Below are positions 15,897 to 25,290 of a stretch of 38,632 nt of DNA, piece after piece. The stretch comes from an uncultured Bacteroidota bacterium (GTDB taxonomy: Bacteria; Bacteroidota; Bacteroidia; B-17B0; Aurantibacillaceae), in NCBI GenBank assembly GCA_937868675.1, contig CALMNJ010000032.1, positions 1 through 38,632 of the forward strand, given 5' to 3'. Positions within the stretch are counted from its first letter, which is position 1, and each line of letters opens with the position of its first letter. The position numbers and the translations under genes are program-made. Under the pieces are notes generated by a model. It saw only the letters and a program-made list of their open reading frames with translations. It did not search any database and was not told the DNA's origin.

Positions 15897-17645
15897 ATGC
15901 TAATGAAAAAACACTTTTATGCTGCGGTTCTGGCCCTGGCCACTGCTGCGTCTTTTTCGCAAACGCTTCAGGAAATAATCACCAAAACCGAAAACGAAAA
16001 TTTTGAATCGGCAGCCAGGGATTTTCGTGCCCTGATAGCAAAAGACCCCAATAAAGGCGAATACTATTTTTACTACGGTGAGAATTTTTTTAAGCGTGAC
16101 GACTCTTTTATTGACAGCGCGAATGTTTTTTACACCAAGGGCAGCGAGGTTAACGCAACGTATCCGCTCAATTATGTAGGCCTGGGTAAGGTTTTACTGT
16201 TTAAGGGCAATGTAAACGACGCCAAGACTATGTTCTACAAAGCTGTTACCCTTGGGGCCAACAAAAACGCTGAAGTGTACCGCAAAATAGCTGAAGCCTG
16301 GCTTGTAACCGACAACAAAAATCCGGATGAAGCTATAAACTTACTTAACACGGCCATTAAACTCGACCCCAAAAACCCTGAAAACTATATTCTGTTGGGC
16401 GATGCCCAACTTGAAAAAAACCCTTCGGATGGCAGCGGACCTATTAAAAACTACAAGATGGCTACATCGCTCAATCCAAAAAGCACTAAAGGCATTTTGC
16501 GCGAGGGCAAACTGTATCAGCGCGGCCGTAACTATCAGCTGGCACTTGAAAAATACAAAGAAGCCGAGGCAATTGACCCAAACTTTGCACCGGCCTTTCG
16601 CGAAAAGGCAGAGCTTTATTTTTTGTATCAGCAACCTGCCAAATCAATTGAGAACTGGAAAAAATATCTTGAACTCAACAATAGCGATTATGCGCGTTAC
16701 CGCTTTTTCAGCGCGCTGTATAAAAACAAACAATACAACGACGCTATTAACGAGTACGAAAGCCTCAAGAAAACAAATTATAAAAACGTTTATCTGGAAC
16801 GTCTGGCCGGGTATAGCTATGAGGAAATAGGAGACAAAACCGATAAAGCAGCATCTACTAAAGGCCTTGAAGCGATAAGCAAATTCTTTAAGGATGCCGG
16901 AAGCGATTTTAAATACATAGCCCTTGACTATAAGTATAAAGGATTCCTGATGATTAAGGGGGGAAAAGACACTACCGGCGGAATTGCGGAAATTGAAAAG
17001 GCCATTGCCATGGATCCATCCATAGCCGACGACGCTTATGGCAAGCTGGGAAAGATTTTTATGGACACAAAGAATTACGACAAGGCCATTTATTATTATG
17101 AGAAAAAGCGCAATGGCGATTACAAAAAGCTGAATATCAACGACTGCTTCGATCTTGGTAAGGCAGGCTACAGCAAAGCCTCGAAGGAAAGCAGGGCGAT
17201 TAATCAGGAAATAGAGGAACTTAAGAAAAAGAAAAAGCAGGAAACACCAGAGCTGATAGACCGTTCAGCGAAAAATAAAATAATGCTGTTAAAGTCCGAC
17301 AGTGCGTTTAAGCGCGTCGTACAACTTAATCAGGGGTACATTCTGGGCTACATCTGGCGCGGGCGCGTAAACTCGCTTCTTGATCCAAACGTTGAATCCG
17401 ACTCAACAAAAACGTATTACGACAAAGCGTTTGAGCTTATGAAGCCAGAAGAACGCGAAGGCACTTACAAAAGCAACGTAATCGAAATACTCGAATATCA
17501 GGGATTCTATCATGTAAAAAGGAAAGACGACGTAAAAGCAAAAGAAATCTGGAAAAGAGTTCTGGAGCTTGACCCTGCCAACGAAAAGGCGAAGTTTTAT
17601 CTCAACCCGCCTAAACCTGCCGCTCCCGCAAAACCGGCAAAGTAA
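15897..17645 (+). CDS. Tetratricopeptide repeat protein, exported
   Basis: Signal peptide (AASFSQ) and multiple TPR-like helical pairs (AIKLDPKNPENYILLGDA, AEAIDPNFAPAFREKAELY, VLELDPANEKA). Confidence 0.88.
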   Translation: MLMKKHFYAAVLALATAASFSQTLQEIITKTENENFESAARDFRALIAKDPNKGEYYFYYGENFFKRDDSFIDSANVFYTKGSEVNATYPLNYVGLGKVLLFKGNVNDAKTMFYKAVTLGANKNAEVYRKIAEAWLVTDNKNPDEAINLLNTAIKLDPKNPENYILLGDAQLEKNPSDGSGPIKNYKMATSLNPKSTKGILREGKLYQRGRNYQLALEKYKEAEAIDPNFAPAFREKAELYFLYQQPAKSIENWKKYLELNNSDYARYRFFSALYKNKQYNDAINEYESLKKTNYKNVYLERLAGYSYEEIGDKTDKAASTKGLEAISKFFKDAGSDFKYIALDYKYKGFLMIKGGKDTTGGIAEIEKAIAMDPSIADDAYGKLGKIFMDTKNYDKAIYYYEKKRNGDYKKLNINDCFDLGKAGYSKASKESRAINQEIEELKKKKKQETPELIDRSAKNKIMLLKSDSAFKRVVQLNQGYILGYIWRGRVNSLLDPNVESDSTKTYYDKAFELMKPEEREGTYKSNVIEILEYQGFYHVKRKDDVKAKEIWKRVLELDPANEKAKFYLNPPKPAAPAKPAK

Positions 17646-17677
17646 GAAGGCGCTTAAAATACTATAAATTACAGCAA

Positions 17678-17711
17678 GCAAAACAAAGCTATTGATGTAG
17701 CTTTGTTTTGC
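17678..17711. promoter_or_regulatory. Perfect 14-bp inverted repeat containing the -7 box (TAGCTTTG, 17698-17705) for dprA
   Basis: GCAAAACAAAGCTA-TTGATG-TAGCTTTGTTTTGC; ends 5 nt before the dprA ATG. Confidence 0.7.
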
Positions 17712-17716
17712 ATTTT

Positions 17717-18829
17717 ATGCGCGACGAGTTGTTATACCAGATAGGGCTTACTTTGATTGACGGTGTTGGCGATGTTAATGCCAAATCGTTGCTGGCCTAC
17801 TGTGGAAGCGCAAAAGAAGTATTTAAGTATAAGAAGGCGCAGCTTCAGAAAATACCCGGAATAGGCCAAGTGTATGCTGGGTATGTGGCTCAAAGCCGGC
17901 ATGTTTTAAAGCAGGCGGAGGCAGAGTGCAGGTTTATTGAGAAGTATAAAATAAAACCTCTTTTTTTTACCGATTCGGAGTATCCCTCCCGTCTCAGGTT
18001 TTGCACCGACAGTCCGGTAATGTTATATTATAAAGGCACTGCCGACCTTAACGCAGCAAAAATAATTGGCATTGTTGGCACCCGCAGACCAAGCGATTAT
18101 GGCCGGCAAAAAACACAGGAGCTTGTAAGTGAATTAAGAGAAAGTGGCGCAATGATTGTGAGTGGCCTGGCCTACGGCGTGGATGTAATGGCCCATAAAG
18201 CGGCCCTTGATTGTGGACTCGAAACGGTGGGTGTTCTGGCACATGGCCTCGACCGCATTTATCCGCAAAGCCATGATAAGGTGGCCAAAAAAATGCTGAA
18301 ACAGGGCGGCCTTCTTACCGATTTTATGAGTGGCACCAACCCCGATGCGGTTAATTTTCCAAAACGGAACCGCATTGTGGCCGGGCTTTGCGATGCCCTT
18401 GTAGTGATTGAAAGCAAGCGCACCGGAGGTAGTCTCATTACGGCAACTATTGCCAATAGTTATAACAAGGACGTTTTTGCTTTTCCCGGCAAGGCCGGCG
18501 ATATACTGGCAGAGGGCTGTAACGGTCTGATTAAAAGCAACAGGGCCGCACTTATTGAAAATGCCGCCGACCTTCTGGAAGCCATGCAATGGAATCCAAA
18601 ACCAAAAAAGGAAAACCCGATTAAACAAATTCCGTTACAAATTAATCTGAACCCTGACGAGAAGAGTGTTTTTGGGGCTTTTGATGGAAAGAGCCAGATG
18701 CACATTGATGAAATTTGCCTGGTGGCACAAATGCCGGTGAGCAAAGTTTCGGCGCTGCTGTTACAGCTTGAATTCAGCAATCTGGTTCGCAGTAAACCAG
18801 GCAAACAATACGAAAGAATTGGCGCTTGA
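17717..18829 (+). CDS. dprA: DNA-processing protein DprA
   Basis: YP.RL, IVGTRRPSDYG, IVSGLAYGVD..AH, FPKRNRIVAG, GGSLITA, VFAFPG, GCNGLIK and a C-terminal winged helix LLQLE...PG. Confidence 0.95.
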   Translation: MRDELLYQIGLTLIDGVGDVNAKSLLAYCGSAKEVFKYKKAQLQKIPGIGQVYAGYVAQSRHVLKQAEAECRFIEKYKIKPLFFTDSEYPSRLRFCTDSPVMLYYKGTADLNAAKIIGIVGTRRPSDYGRQKTQELVSELRESGAMIVSGLAYGVDVMAHKAALDCGLETVGVLAHGLDRIYPQSHDKVAKKMLKQGGLLTDFMSGTNPDAVNFPKRNRIVAGLCDALVVIESKRTGGSLITATIANSYNKDVFAFPGKAGDILAEGCNGLIKSNRAALIENAADLLEAMQWNPKPKKENPIKQIPLQINLNPDEKSVFGAFDGKSQMHIDEICLVAQMPVSKVSALLLQLEFSNLVRSKPGKQYERIGA

Positions 18830-18857
18830 GCCTAAACGAATCAGAGCCAACTCATTT

Positions 18858-19271
18858 CTAAAGTTTTACACCACCCATTTCACAGATTTTCTCGAATTCG
18901 GCCGGGGTTACTTTTCCAACGCTGAGGCGACCAAGGCGCACCAGGTCCATGGCCTTAAAAAACGGGTCTTTTTTCAAAGTTTCAAGGCTCACGTGCCTTT
19001 TAAGCGGTTTATGAGGCGCCACGTCCACCGCTACCCAGGCCTCTTCATTTGTTGTGGGATCCTGGTAGTGCTCTTTAACCAATTTGGCAATACCCACAAT
19101 ATGCTGGCCCTCGTTGCTATGATAGTAAAACAACAAATCACCCTTTTTCATATCCCGCAGGTTATTCCTTGCGGCATAATTACGCACACCGGTCCAGTCG
19201 GTTTTTTTATCTTTTACAAGCTGCTCCCAGCTGTAAGCGGAGGGTTCGGATTTAATAAGCCAATAGTTCAT
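18858..19271 (-). CDS. EVE domain-containing protein
   Basis: YWLIKSEP..YSW, WTGVRNYAARN.L..MKKGD..FYYHS and RLSV. Start at MNYWL. Confidence 0.93.
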   Translation of the reverse strand: MNYWLIKSEPSAYSWEQLVKDKKTDWTGVRNYAARNNLRDMKKGDLLFYYHSNEGQHIVGIAKLVKEHYQDPTTNEEAWVAVDVAPHKPLKRHVSLETLKKDPFFKAMDLVRLGRLSVGKVTPAEFEKICEMGGVKL

Positions 19272-19358
19272 AAAACAAGGTGTTCGGATCGGCACCTAAT
19301 TTAAAGTAAAATGGCGTGTAAACAGGGGTATTGGTAAAAAAATACACCTTAAAAATTC

Positions 19359-19388
19359 TTGCTAATCCTCAAAAAACCACTACATTTG
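19359..19388 (+). promoter_or_regulatory. Bacteroidota housekeeping-sigma promoter of the atp operon (TTG-N19-TACATTTG)
   Basis: TTG at 19359-19361 and TAnnTTTG at 19381-19388 with canonical 19-nt spacing. Confidence 0.8.
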
Positions 19389-19413
19389 CACCCGAATTCA
19401 AAAAACAAGTAAC

Positions 19414-20580
19414 GTGTTTAGGCAGATGACCAGTAAAATCAAGACTTTCACGAAATTCCCCCTGTTTATAACCTTTATTATCAGCCTTTTTTCATTATCA
19501 GCTCATGCCAATGAGCCGGAAGCTCCTGCAAATGAAGGAAAAAAGGAAAAGGTTAATATGGCAGAAGTAGCAATTGAACACGTTCTTGACGCTCATTCCT
19601 GGCATCTTTGGGGTGATGAACACCCTGTTTCACTTTCGCTGCCGGTGATTCTTAAAACCGACAACGGGCTGGTTTTCTTTTCATCCGGCGAATTCAAGCA
19701 TGATACACACGGTAAAACGGTAGTTGAAAAAAACGGAATGCGCTTTGTAAATTTTGAAGAGGATATTTACTACGCGTCAGAAACACCGAATGCCGAAGGA
19801 CAATATTTGGATATGCACGCCAATGAAAAGGGAAAACACCATCCTGAAAACCTTAAACCGCTCGATTTTTCAATCACCAAAAACGTGGCCCAGTTGTTTT
19901 TTACTGCCATTGTACTGATTCTGCTTTTTACATCAGTAGCCCGGGCCTACAAAAAAACAGGCGTTACCTCGGCCCCAAAAGGCAAGCAGTCGTTCCTTGA
20001 GCCGCTTATTGTTTTTGTGCGTGATGAAATTGCCAAATCAAATATTGGGGGCGGTAAGCACGAAAAATATGTACCATATCTGTTAACGGTTTTTTTTCTG
20101 ATTCTGATAAACAACGTTCTTGGCCTAATCCCCGTTAGTTCGAACTTAACCGGAAACATTGCGTTTACCTTTGTATTAGCCGTAATAACCTTTATTGCAA
20201 CAACATTTAGCGCAAACAAATATTACTGGGGCCACATTTTTATGCCCCCTGCACCCATAGCCCTTTACCCGATACTTATTCCGCTCGAGTTTCTTGGAAT
20301 ATTCACCAAGCCTTTTGCATTGATGATCCGTTTGTTTGCCAACATGACCGCAGGCCACATCATCGTGATAAGTCTGGTAGGCCTTATTTTTACTTTTCAA
20401 ACGATTGCTGTTGCCCCAATAGCTGTTGGCTTTGCATTGTTTATTGATTTGCTGGAATGCCTGGTGGCGCTTTTACAGGCTTACATTTTCACCTTACTTA
20501 CCGCTCTTTTCATCGGTTCGGCCATGGTAGATCATCATCATGAAGAGTCGCATGCTGAAGGGGCGAAATCGCATCACTAA
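19414..20580 (+). CDS. atpB: F0F1 ATP synthase subunit a (Bacteroidota type with N-terminal extension); start GTG 19414 or ATG 19426
   Basis: DFSITKN, APKG.QSFLEP, TGNI..T, KPFALMIRLFANMTAGH and LQAYIFTLL. Confidence 0.96.
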   Translation: MFRQMTSKIKTFTKFPLFITFIISLFSLSAHANEPEAPANEGKKEKVNMAEVAIEHVLDAHSWHLWGDEHPVSLSLPVILKTDNGLVFFSSGEFKHDTHGKTVVEKNGMRFVNFEEDIYYASETPNAEGQYLDMHANEKGKHHPENLKPLDFSITKNVAQLFFTAIVLILLFTSVARAYKKTGVTSAPKGKQSFLEPLIVFVRDEIAKSNIGGGKHEKYVPYLLTVFFLILINNVLGLIPVSSNLTGNIAFTFVLAVITFIATTFSANKYYWGHIFMPPAPIALYPILIPLEFLGIFTKPFALMIRLFANMTAGHIIVISLVGLIFTFQTIAVAPIAVGFALFIDLLECLVALLQAYIFTLLTALFIGSAMVDHHHEESHAEGAKSHH

Positions 20581-20602
20581 AATTATTTTTAATTAGGAAT
20601 AA

Positions 20603-20821
<219 letters not shown>

Positions 20822-20833
20822 AAAAAGAACAAG

Positions 20834-20871
20834 ACTAAACCTTTTACGGTTGGTAAAAGGTTTAGTTTTTT
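20834..20871 (+). terminator. Terminator-like/stabilising hairpin between atpE and atpF
   Basis: Perfect 14-bp stem ACTAAACCTTTTAC-GGTTG-GTAAAAGGTTTAGT followed by T5. Confidence 0.7.
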
Positions 20872-20897
20872 GACAGAACGAAATTAAAAAACACAAT

Positions 20898-21410
20898 ATG
20901 AAACTGTTTATTTTAGGCTCACTTATCACACCCGGTATCGGTCTTATTTTCTGGACCAGCGTGGTGTTTGTTTTATTGCTGCTTATTCTCAGCAAATTTG
21001 CCTGGAAACCAATTCTGAACGCGATTAAGACCCGCGAACAGGGAATTGAAGACGCGCTCGCAAGTGCTGAACGTGCACTTAACGACATGCGCGAGCTTAA
21101 ATCCAACAACGAACGCATTCTTAATGAAGCGCGCGCCGAGCGGGATGCCATGCTGAAAGAAGCGCGCGAAACCAAAGAAAGCATTATTGCCGAAGCCAAG
21201 CAAAAAGCACAGGCCGATGCAGACCGCATTATGACCACTGCCCGTGATCAGATACGAAACGAGAAAAACGCTGCTGTTGCTGAACTTAAGAATCAGGTTG
21301 CTCAACTCTCAATAGAGATAGCCGAAAAAATATTGAAATCCGAACTTTCGAACGACGAGAAGCAGAAAACGCTTGTTTCCAATCTGATGAAGGACGTAAA
21401 TCTTAACTAA
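20898..21410 (+). CDS. atpF: ATP synthase subunit b
   Basis: PGIGLIFW...KFAWKPIL..IK.RE..I, followed by a coiled coil. Confidence 0.96.
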   Translation: MKLFILGSLITPGIGLIFWTSVVFVLLLLILSKFAWKPILNAIKTREQGIEDALASAERALNDMRELKSNNERILNEARAERDAMLKEARETKESIIAEAKQKAQADADRIMTTARDQIRNEKNAAVAELKNQVAQLSIEIAEKILKSELSNDEKQKTLVSNLMKDVNLN

Positions 21411-21411
21411 T

Positions 21412-21951
21412 ATGATAGTTGCCGGTCGTTACGCGAAATCATTGATGGACATTGCTACCGAAACCAACAAGGTGGAGGCGGTAAGGGCAGACATGAAATC
21501 GGTTGAAAGCCTCTGCAGGAGCAACCACGATTTTGAGCTTTTTTTGCAAAGCCCGGTTATTAAAACCGACAAAAAAATTGAAGTGTTGAATTCTGTTTTC
21601 GGCGGAAAAGTATCTGACGTTTCACTTTCTTTTCTGGCGCTTGTTACAAAACATGGCCGCGAGTCAATCATCAGCCACATAGCTGCTGCCTTTGATGAGC
21701 AGTATAAAAAGGATCGTAACATTTTTACGGCGGTAGTTACTTCGGCAAACGGTATTGACGCCGCTACCCGTCAGAAAATGCTCGACCTGCTAAAAACACA
21801 ACTCAACGGCGAAGTGGAACTGGTGGAAAAAACAGACGCAAGCGTAATAGGCGGATTTATCCTGAAGATGGGCGACAATCAGATTGACCGAAGTGTATCG
21901 CGCCAACTGAGTGACATCAAAAAACAATTGACTAATAAAGCATTAAATTAA
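21412..21951 (+). CDS. atpH: ATP synthase subunit delta
   Basis: AGRYAKSL, L.SPVI, IGGFILK.GD.QID.SV. Confidence 0.95.
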   Translation: MIVAGRYAKSLMDIATETNKVEAVRADMKSVESLCRSNHDFELFLQSPVIKTDKKIEVLNSVFGGKVSDVSLSFLALVTKHGRESIISHIAAAFDEQYKKDRNIFTAVVTSANGIDAATRQKMLDLLKTQLNGEVELVEKTDASVIGGFILKMGDNQIDRSVSRQLSDIKKQLTNKALN

Positions 21952-21969
21952 AATTTATACCAGAGCATC

Positions 21970-23547
21970 ATGGCTGAAATAAAACCTGCAGAAGTATCTG
22001 CAATTTTGAGACAACAACTTAGCGGCTTTAAGTCGGAAACCGAACTGGAAGAAACAGGAACTGTGTTACAGGTGGGCGATGGTATTGCCCGTATTTACGG
22101 CTTGTCAAAAGTACAGTCGGGCGAACTTATTGAGTTCGAAAGCGGCCTTCAGGCCATCGCGCTTAACCTGGAAGAAGATAATGTGGGCGCGGTATTGCTT
22201 GGCTCCAGCGAAGGAATTAAAGAAGGAAGCTCCTGCAAACGCACCAGCCGTATTGCCTCTATTAAAGTAGGTGAAGGCATGTTGGGACGCGTGGTGGATA
22301 CTCTTGGCCAGCCTATTGATGGCAAAGGACCAATTCAGGGGCCCACTTACGAAATGCCTATTGAGCGCAAAGCCCCTGGGGTTATTTATCGCCAGCCGGT
22401 AAACGAACCGCTCCAAACAGGTATTAAAGCGATTGACGCCATGATTCCCATAGGCCGTGGACAGCGTGAGTTAGTGATTGGTGATCGTCAGATTGGAAAA
22501 ACAGCCGTTTGTATTGATACCATCATCAATCAAAAAGAGTTTTATGCTGCGGGCAAACCCGTATTTTGCATTTACGTCGCTATTGGTCAGAAAGCCTCTA
22601 CCGTTGCCAACGTGGTGCGTGTGTTAGAAGAAAACGGCGCGATGCCATATACTGTGATCGTTGCCTCTAACGCTGCCGATCCTGCTCCAATGCAGTTCTA
22701 CGCTCCATTTGCCGGCGCTGCTATCGGTGAATTTTTCCGCGATACCGGCCGTCCTGCCCTGATTGTGTTTGATGACCTTTCAAAACAGGCCGTAGCGTAT
22801 CGTGAAGTATCGCTGCTGTTGCGCCGTCCTCCCGGACGCGAGGCGTATCCCGGCGATGTATTTTATCTCCACAGCCGTTTGCTTGAGCGTGCAGCCAAGA
22901 TCAATGCATCCGACGATATTGCAAAAAGCATGAACGACCTTCCTGAGTCGCTGAGGCCACTGGTAAAAGGTGGTGGATCGCTCACGGCCCTCCCGATTAT
23001 TGAAACACAGGCGGGCGACGTTTCGGCGTATATCCCGACAAACGTGATTTCAATTACTGACGGTCAGATATTCCTTGAGTCGAACCTGTTTAACTCCGGT
23101 ATCCGTCCGGCCATCAACGTTGGTATCTCTGTATCACGTGTTGGAGGGAATGCACAAATTAAATCAATGAAAAAAGTGGCGGGTACCTTAAAGCTTGACC
23201 AGGCGCAGTACCGCGAACTTGAGGCATTCTCTAAATTTGGCTCTGACCTTGATGCCGCTACCAAATCGGTGCTTGATAAGGGATCGCGCAACACCGAAAT
23301 TTTGAAACAAGGGCAGTTTTCGCCATACCGTGTTGAACAGCAAATTGCCATCATTTACCTTGGCACCAAAAACATGCTCAGGAGTGTTCCTGTAAACAGG
23401 GTAAACGAATTTGAAAAGGAATTCCTTGACGCGATGGAACGTAAGCACAAAGCCACGCTGGATGCACTGAAAGCCGGACAATATACCGACGAGATTACCA
23501 ATACGCTGGAAAGTTGTGCAAACGACCTGTTGGCTAAATATAAGTAA
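21970..23547 (+). CDS. atpA: ATP synthase subunit alpha
   Basis: [42 protein letters not shown] and SVSRVGG. Confidence 0.98.
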   Translation: MAEIKPAEVSAILRQQLSGFKSETELEETGTVLQVGDGIARIYGLSKVQSGELIEFESGLQAIALNLEEDNVGAVLLGSSEGIKEGSSCKRTSRIASIKVGEGMLGRVVDTLGQPIDGKGPIQGPTYEMPIERKAPGVIYRQPVNEPLQTGIKAIDAMIPIGRGQRELVIGDRQIGKTAVCIDTIINQKEFYAAGKPVFCIYVAIGQKASTVANVVRVLEENGAMPYTVIVASNAADPAPMQFYAPFAGAAIGEFFRDTGRPALIVFDDLSKQAVAYREVSLLLRRPPGREAYPGDVFYLHSRLLERAAKINASDDIAKSMNDLPESLRPLVKGGGSLTALPIIETQAGDVSAYIPTNVISITDGQIFLESNLFNSGIRPAINVGISVSRVGGNAQIKSMKKVAGTLKLDQAQYRELEAFSKFGSDLDAATKSVLDKGSRNTEILKQGQFSPYRVEQQIAIIYLGTKNMLRSVPVNRVNEFEKEFLDAMERKHKATLDALKAGQYTDEITNTLESCANDLLAKYK

Positions 23548-23588
23548 CATTAATTTTTTGGTTGATTAAACAAATCAATAAATAGAGA

Positions 23589-24470
23589 ATGCCCAGTTTA
23601 AAGGAAGTAAGAAATAAGATCACCTCGGTTGGTTCGACCATGCAGATTACAAGCGCCATGAAAATGGTGAGCGCTGCCAAGTTGAAACGGGCACAGGACG
23701 CTGTCGTGCAGATGCGGCCTTATGCCAACAAGCTGAAGGAAATTCTTGCCAATGCAAGCGCCAGCGTGGATGCTTCGGACAACGTTTATGCCCGCAACAA
23801 TCAGGTGAAAAACATTTTGATAGTTGCGATTTCCTCGAACCGCGGACTGGCCGGAGCATTTAACTCTAACATTATTAAAAAGGTTAACAGCCTTATTCAA
23901 AACGAATACAGCGGACTTGATGTAACGGTTTTGCCGGTAGGCAAAAAAGTGCAGGATGCATTCAGGAAAACGCGCTATTTTATTACAGGCCAGGATTTAC
24001 CGCATCATAATAACGAGTTGTTTGATAAATTAAACTACGACAACGTTGCGCCGGTGGTCGAAAAAATCATTAATGTGTTTGTGACCGGGCAGTTTGATAA
24101 AATCGTTCTGGTTTACAATCACTTCCGCAATGCCGCCATGCAGGTGCCTACTGAAGAGCAGTTGCTGCCCATGGTTGCGCCTCAAAATGATGCCAAAAAT
24201 GCCAGGGCAGTGGACTATATTTTTGAGCCCAGCCAGGAATTTATTGTAAATGAGCTTATTCCGCGCTCGCTTAAAATTCAGTTTTACAAAGCATTGTTAG
24301 ATTCGGTTGCCAGTGAGCATGGTGCACGCATGACGGCTATGCACAAAGCCACCGACAATGCAAAAGCCATGCAGCGTGAACTTAAGATCACCTACAATAA
24401 GGCCCGTCAGGCATCCATCACCAAAGAGATTCTTGAGATCGTTGGTGGCGCCGAAGCACTGAAGGGATAA
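23589..24470 (+). CDS. atpG: ATP synthase subunit gamma
   Basis: QITSAMKMVSAAKL, NRGLAGAFN, SEHGARMTAM..ATDNA and YNKARQASIT.EI.EIV.GA. Confidence 0.98.
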   Translation: MPSLKEVRNKITSVGSTMQITSAMKMVSAAKLKRAQDAVVQMRPYANKLKEILANASASVDASDNVYARNNQVKNILIVAISSNRGLAGAFNSNIIKKVNSLIQNEYSGLDVTVLPVGKKVQDAFRKTRYFITGQDLPHHNNELFDKLNYDNVAPVVEKIINVFVTGQFDKIVLVYNHFRNAAMQVPTEEQLLPMVAPQNDAKNARAVDYIFEPSQEFIVNELIPRSLKIQFYKALLDSVASEHGARMTAMHKATDNAKAMQRELKITYNKARQASITKEILEIVGGAEALKG

Positions 24471-24476
24471 AGATTC

Positions 24477-24502
24477 AGCCCCCGAATTCCGGGGGCTTTT
24501 TT
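24477..24502 (+). terminator. Intrinsic terminator of the atp operon
   Basis: AGCCCCCG-AATTC-CGGGGGCT followed by a T tract. Confidence 0.9.
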
Positions 24503-24561
24503 CTAACATGTAAATCCCAATTGAGCACACCCGCGTATCTAAAAAAACAGGTTAAACGTAT

Positions 24562-25290
24562 ATGGCTGTTTTAATATTTCTTATTCTGCATTGGTACCTT
24601 TCTCTTTTTGGTCAAACCTTTTTTCTCCATCGCTATTCGGCGCACAAAATGTTTACGATGAGCCGTGGCTGGGAAAAGTTTTTTTATGTCTTTTCCTGGG
24701 TTACTCAGGGCTCATCTTACCTTAATGCCCGCGCCTATGCTATTTTGCACCGGATGCACCACGCCTACAGCGACACGGAAAAAGACCCGCACACGCCGCA
24801 TTTTTTTAAGGATGTGTATCACATGATGCTTCACACACACAAGATTTATAAGGGGGTACTTAACCATACATTTCCGGTGGAGGATAAATTTGACCGGAAT
24901 TTTCCCGAATACCCCCGTGTTGACAGAATCGCTTCCAGTTGGGCTTCGCGCTTATTTTTTGCCGGGCTTTATATTACTTTTTATATCGTTTTTGCAACGC
25001 ACTGGTGGATGTTTTTGTTGCTCCCCATTCATTTCCTGATTGGTCCGATACAAGGCGCTATCGTAAACTGGGCAGGGCATAAATACGGTTACAGAAATTT
25101 TGATTGCCCTGACAAATCACGCAACACGCTGTTTATTGACTTCCTGCTGATGGGAGAGTTATTTCAAAACAACCATCACCAGGCTGGCTCGCGACCAAAT
25201 TTTGCTGTTAAGTGGTGGGAGATAGACCCAGGTTATCCCATTATGCTTTTATTCGAAAAGCTCGGGATTATCAAAATGGCCCGCTCGTAA
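24562..25290 (+). CDS. Membrane fatty-acid (acyl-CoA/acyl-lipid, delta-9-like) desaturase
   Basis: His boxes HRYSAH, HRMHH...DPH and QNNHH; NWAGHKYGYRNF; WWEIDPGY. Confidence 0.88.
   Translation: MAVLIFLILHWYLSLFGQTFFLHRYSAHKMFTMSRGWEKFFYVFSWVTQGSSYLNARAYAILHRMHHAYSDTEKDPHTPHFFKDVYHMMLHTHKIYKGVLNHTFPVEDKFDRNFPEYPRVDRIASSWASRLFFAGLYITFYIVFATHWWMFLLLPIHFLIGPIQGAIVNWAGHKYGYRNFDCPDKSRNTLFIDFLLMGELFQNNHHQAGSRPNFAVKWWEIDPGYPIMLLFEKLGIIKMARS

Noticed and set aside
10528-19271. MmcQ/YjbR and EVE genes bracketing the TonB cluster as one module
   Set aside because: They are 8 kb apart, separately transcribed and both widespread; no sequence evidence of linkage.
18768-19304. 178-aa plus-strand ORF opposite the EVE gene
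   Set aside because: Antisense shadow; the EVE frame carries clear family motifs.
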